In this document: positions 58,387 through 64,000 of the stretch, piece by piece
How positions within the stretch are numbered: position 1 is the first letter of the stretch
How the letters are laid out: the number at the start of each line of letters is the position of its first letter
Source of the DNA: the human T2T-CHM13v2.0 reference genome, Homo sapiens
Direction: 5' to 3' (one strand)
Assembly (NCBI RefSeq): GCF_009914755.1
Contig: NC_060941.1
Length of the DNA stretch: 64,000 bases
Notes under the pieces: generated by a model
The model's database searches: none
Seen by the model: the letters and a program-made list of their open reading frames with translations, nothing else
Told to the model about the DNA's origin: nothing
Program-made: the position numbers and the translations under genes

Positions 58387-60539
58387 GTCACCTCCTGCCT
58401 GGAATCTTGCCATCAGCAACCTCCTCCCCAGTGCCTCCTGGATCAAGCTAGAGACTGCTGGCACCCCAGGAATGTCCCTGCCCATCCTGCCGTGTCTCTG
58501 TTCATTCTTGGATTTAACTTATTACTTTTTCTGCTTCTGTTTCCACCCCAGCTGCCTCTCTTGTCCTGAGGGTTAGGCTGGAGTGACAGTTTCCGCCCAC
58601 CCCCCAGCCCAAGAAAGAGGCTGCCGGAAAGAAAATGCTGACCATTGGAGGTGCCCAACAGTAGAATGGGCTACTGTGAGGGGTAGTAAGAGCCCCATTT
58701 CTGGAGGTATGCAAATCTTGACTGGACAGCCAGCTCTGAGATTTTATCAGGGCACTTCTATACCTGTGGGACATTGGACTGGATGAGCCCTGAGCCAGCT
58801 TCCACTCCTACCTGAATAGAGAACTCACTGCACCCACCCACAACACATGATAAACACATGTCCTCACTGAATGTTACTGATTGCGGCTGAGGGCCTGCCT
58901 CTGGCTGTGTGGGGAGGTGGGTGGAGAGGTGAGCCCAGGCACTGCTGAGGGGTGCGGTGATGGGGTCGCTGCGCCGCAATCCCACCACTGATGAGCCACC
59001 TGGGAGGTCTGGGAGGACAGTCCATCCATGGGCCGCCCTCGGAGAGAGGCTTGTTCTAGATGTATTGGCTGTCTGTTTTTTGATGTCTCTGTGTGCCAAA
59101 CAGCCTGGAAATGGGGTACGCGTGTCCCTTGTGTGGGTTTCCCAATCCCTTCCGCCCAAGGCTTTCCTGGGACACATGGAGCCCAGCTCTCTGGCTGTCT
59201 TACCATGAGAAGTTGGTAAGTTGGCTGTGAGGGGGTTGGATCCAGGAAGCAGCCCTGGGACAGCCCATTCTGCTGTTGATAGCAGGAAACCACCTGCTGG
59301 GAGACAATGGGGGTGGGGAAAAGCCCAGGAGAGCAGTGGGTGGGGCTGGGCATCCGTGGAGTGGGGCTTTAGGAGACCTTGAACGGCCCCACCCTGGAAT
59401 CTCCTACAGGAAGGTGAGGAGGTGGCAGGTTCCACCCTTCTCTACCAGCCCCGCTCGCTCGTGGGAGTTAACCCCCTAGGGGAGAAGAGTCTTCACTGGG
59501 GTTCGACCCATGGGGGCCTGGCATAGTCATGCAGAATGGGGCGGGACAATGCCAATGCCTTGGGACTCAGACAGGGCTGAGTGCCTCCACCCTGATTTTT
59601 GCCTCTGCACTGCGCCCCCACAGCCCACTCAATGCCAGCCTCCTTCTCCAGGCAGAGAGCCCCATGTCAATGCTGGCCAAAGCTCTCAGGAGGATTGGAG
59701 GTAGAACTGGCCCTGGTATGCCAACAGGGGTGCCTCTTTTAGTGCTCTCCCAATAATGCTCATCCTGGGGGCATCAGGACGCAGGCAGGTGGCAGAGCTG
59801 GGGGCAGCTTGATGGCACAGGCAGCCCCAAAGATGCCAGGAACAGGGACTGTCCGGGTGTGGGTTCCCAGTGAGATAGGGCCCTGGAAGGAGTGCAGCAG
59901 TTACTGACAATATAGTGCCAGGGTTGGCCATAGGAGAATGAGCCCAAGCGTAAGTGGAAGTTTCCCTTTACTTTCAGGGATTGGTCAGGGGTGGCAGAAA
60001 ACATGTGGGTTCTTTGTGTAGATGTGGCTAGTTCCAATTAGAGAAGTCCTGCAGCTGATGTTGCCCTCACCGTGATAGCAGGAGGATGTTGAGAAATGGG
60101 CTTGGGAGACCTGGAGGAGAAGTTACCCTCGGCCCGGACGTTGCCTTCCTTTCATCACAGGGCCTTTAACTCCTCCTAGGGAGTAGCAGAGTGGCCCTAG
60201 GGAAAGTGGCCATCCTGAAACCTAGTGTTGCTGTGACCTGGTGACAGAAATGGAAACCTCTGTGGCTCTTCTGGTCATCCTTGGTGGGAGTGGGAATGGT
60301 GTCACCTTTCTAGAGGGCCATCTGGCACCATGTAATCACGCCACAGATCTTTACGAAGCTCCTGCTATGTAGGAAACACTATGCCTGGCACTGGGTATCC
60401 ATTAAAATGTAAAATGCACGTGACCTGGCAATTCCACTTCTAGAAATGAGCCTTCAGAAGTGCTCATACAAAAGAGCTCAATAAGTATCATGCACTAATT
60501 CATTGTGCCACCAGAGCTCCCTATGCAGCCTTTTAAAAG

Positions 60540-60545
60540 AATAAA
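60540..60545 (+). terminator. Probable TMEM92 polyadenylation signal (3'UTR about 2.2 kb)
   Basis: First AATAAA I could find after the stop codon; a variant ATTAAA lies at 60401-60406. Confidence 0.65.
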
Positions 60546-60639
60546 TAGGATCTGTAGCACCAACCCTGCAAAGCATCCATCACTTATTGTTACAGAGAAA
60601 AGGCAAGTTGCGGAACTGCCTATGATCTCAGTTTGTAAG

Positions 60640-64000
<3,361 letters not shown>

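Overview
Primate, almost certainly human, genomic DNA from the COL1A1-TMEM92-XYLT2 neighbourhood (17q21.33, recognised from TMEM92). About 1.5-35.6 kb is almost entirely nested repeats: about 35 Alus, old L1s, THE1C/MST/MLT LTRs, a full-length Tigger1 and MER58. It also holds a processed SUMO2 pseudogene and a U13 snoRNA copy. About 35.6-60 kb is GC-rich and repeat-poor, and ends with the complete 5-coding-exon TMEM92 gene (+, 159 aa). Main finding: the apparently intergenic 35.6-52.3 kb block looks like a decayed, multi-exon, minus-strand gene of the BAHCC1/TNRC18 chromatin-reader family. It shows colinear remnants of an N-terminal motif, the pre-coiled-coil motif, the tandem-Tudor exons, the C-terminal motifs and the Ser-rich tract, and it lies head-to-head with TMEM92 at a shared CpG island. 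The family motifs were compared from memory and need a tblastn check. Three fossil rearrangements are readable directly from the sequence: a ~1.6 kb inversion that splits three nested repeats, a fold-back palindrome/triplication inside an Alu, and a short templated inverted insertion in an L2. Repeat subfamily names are by eye and their coordinates are approximate.
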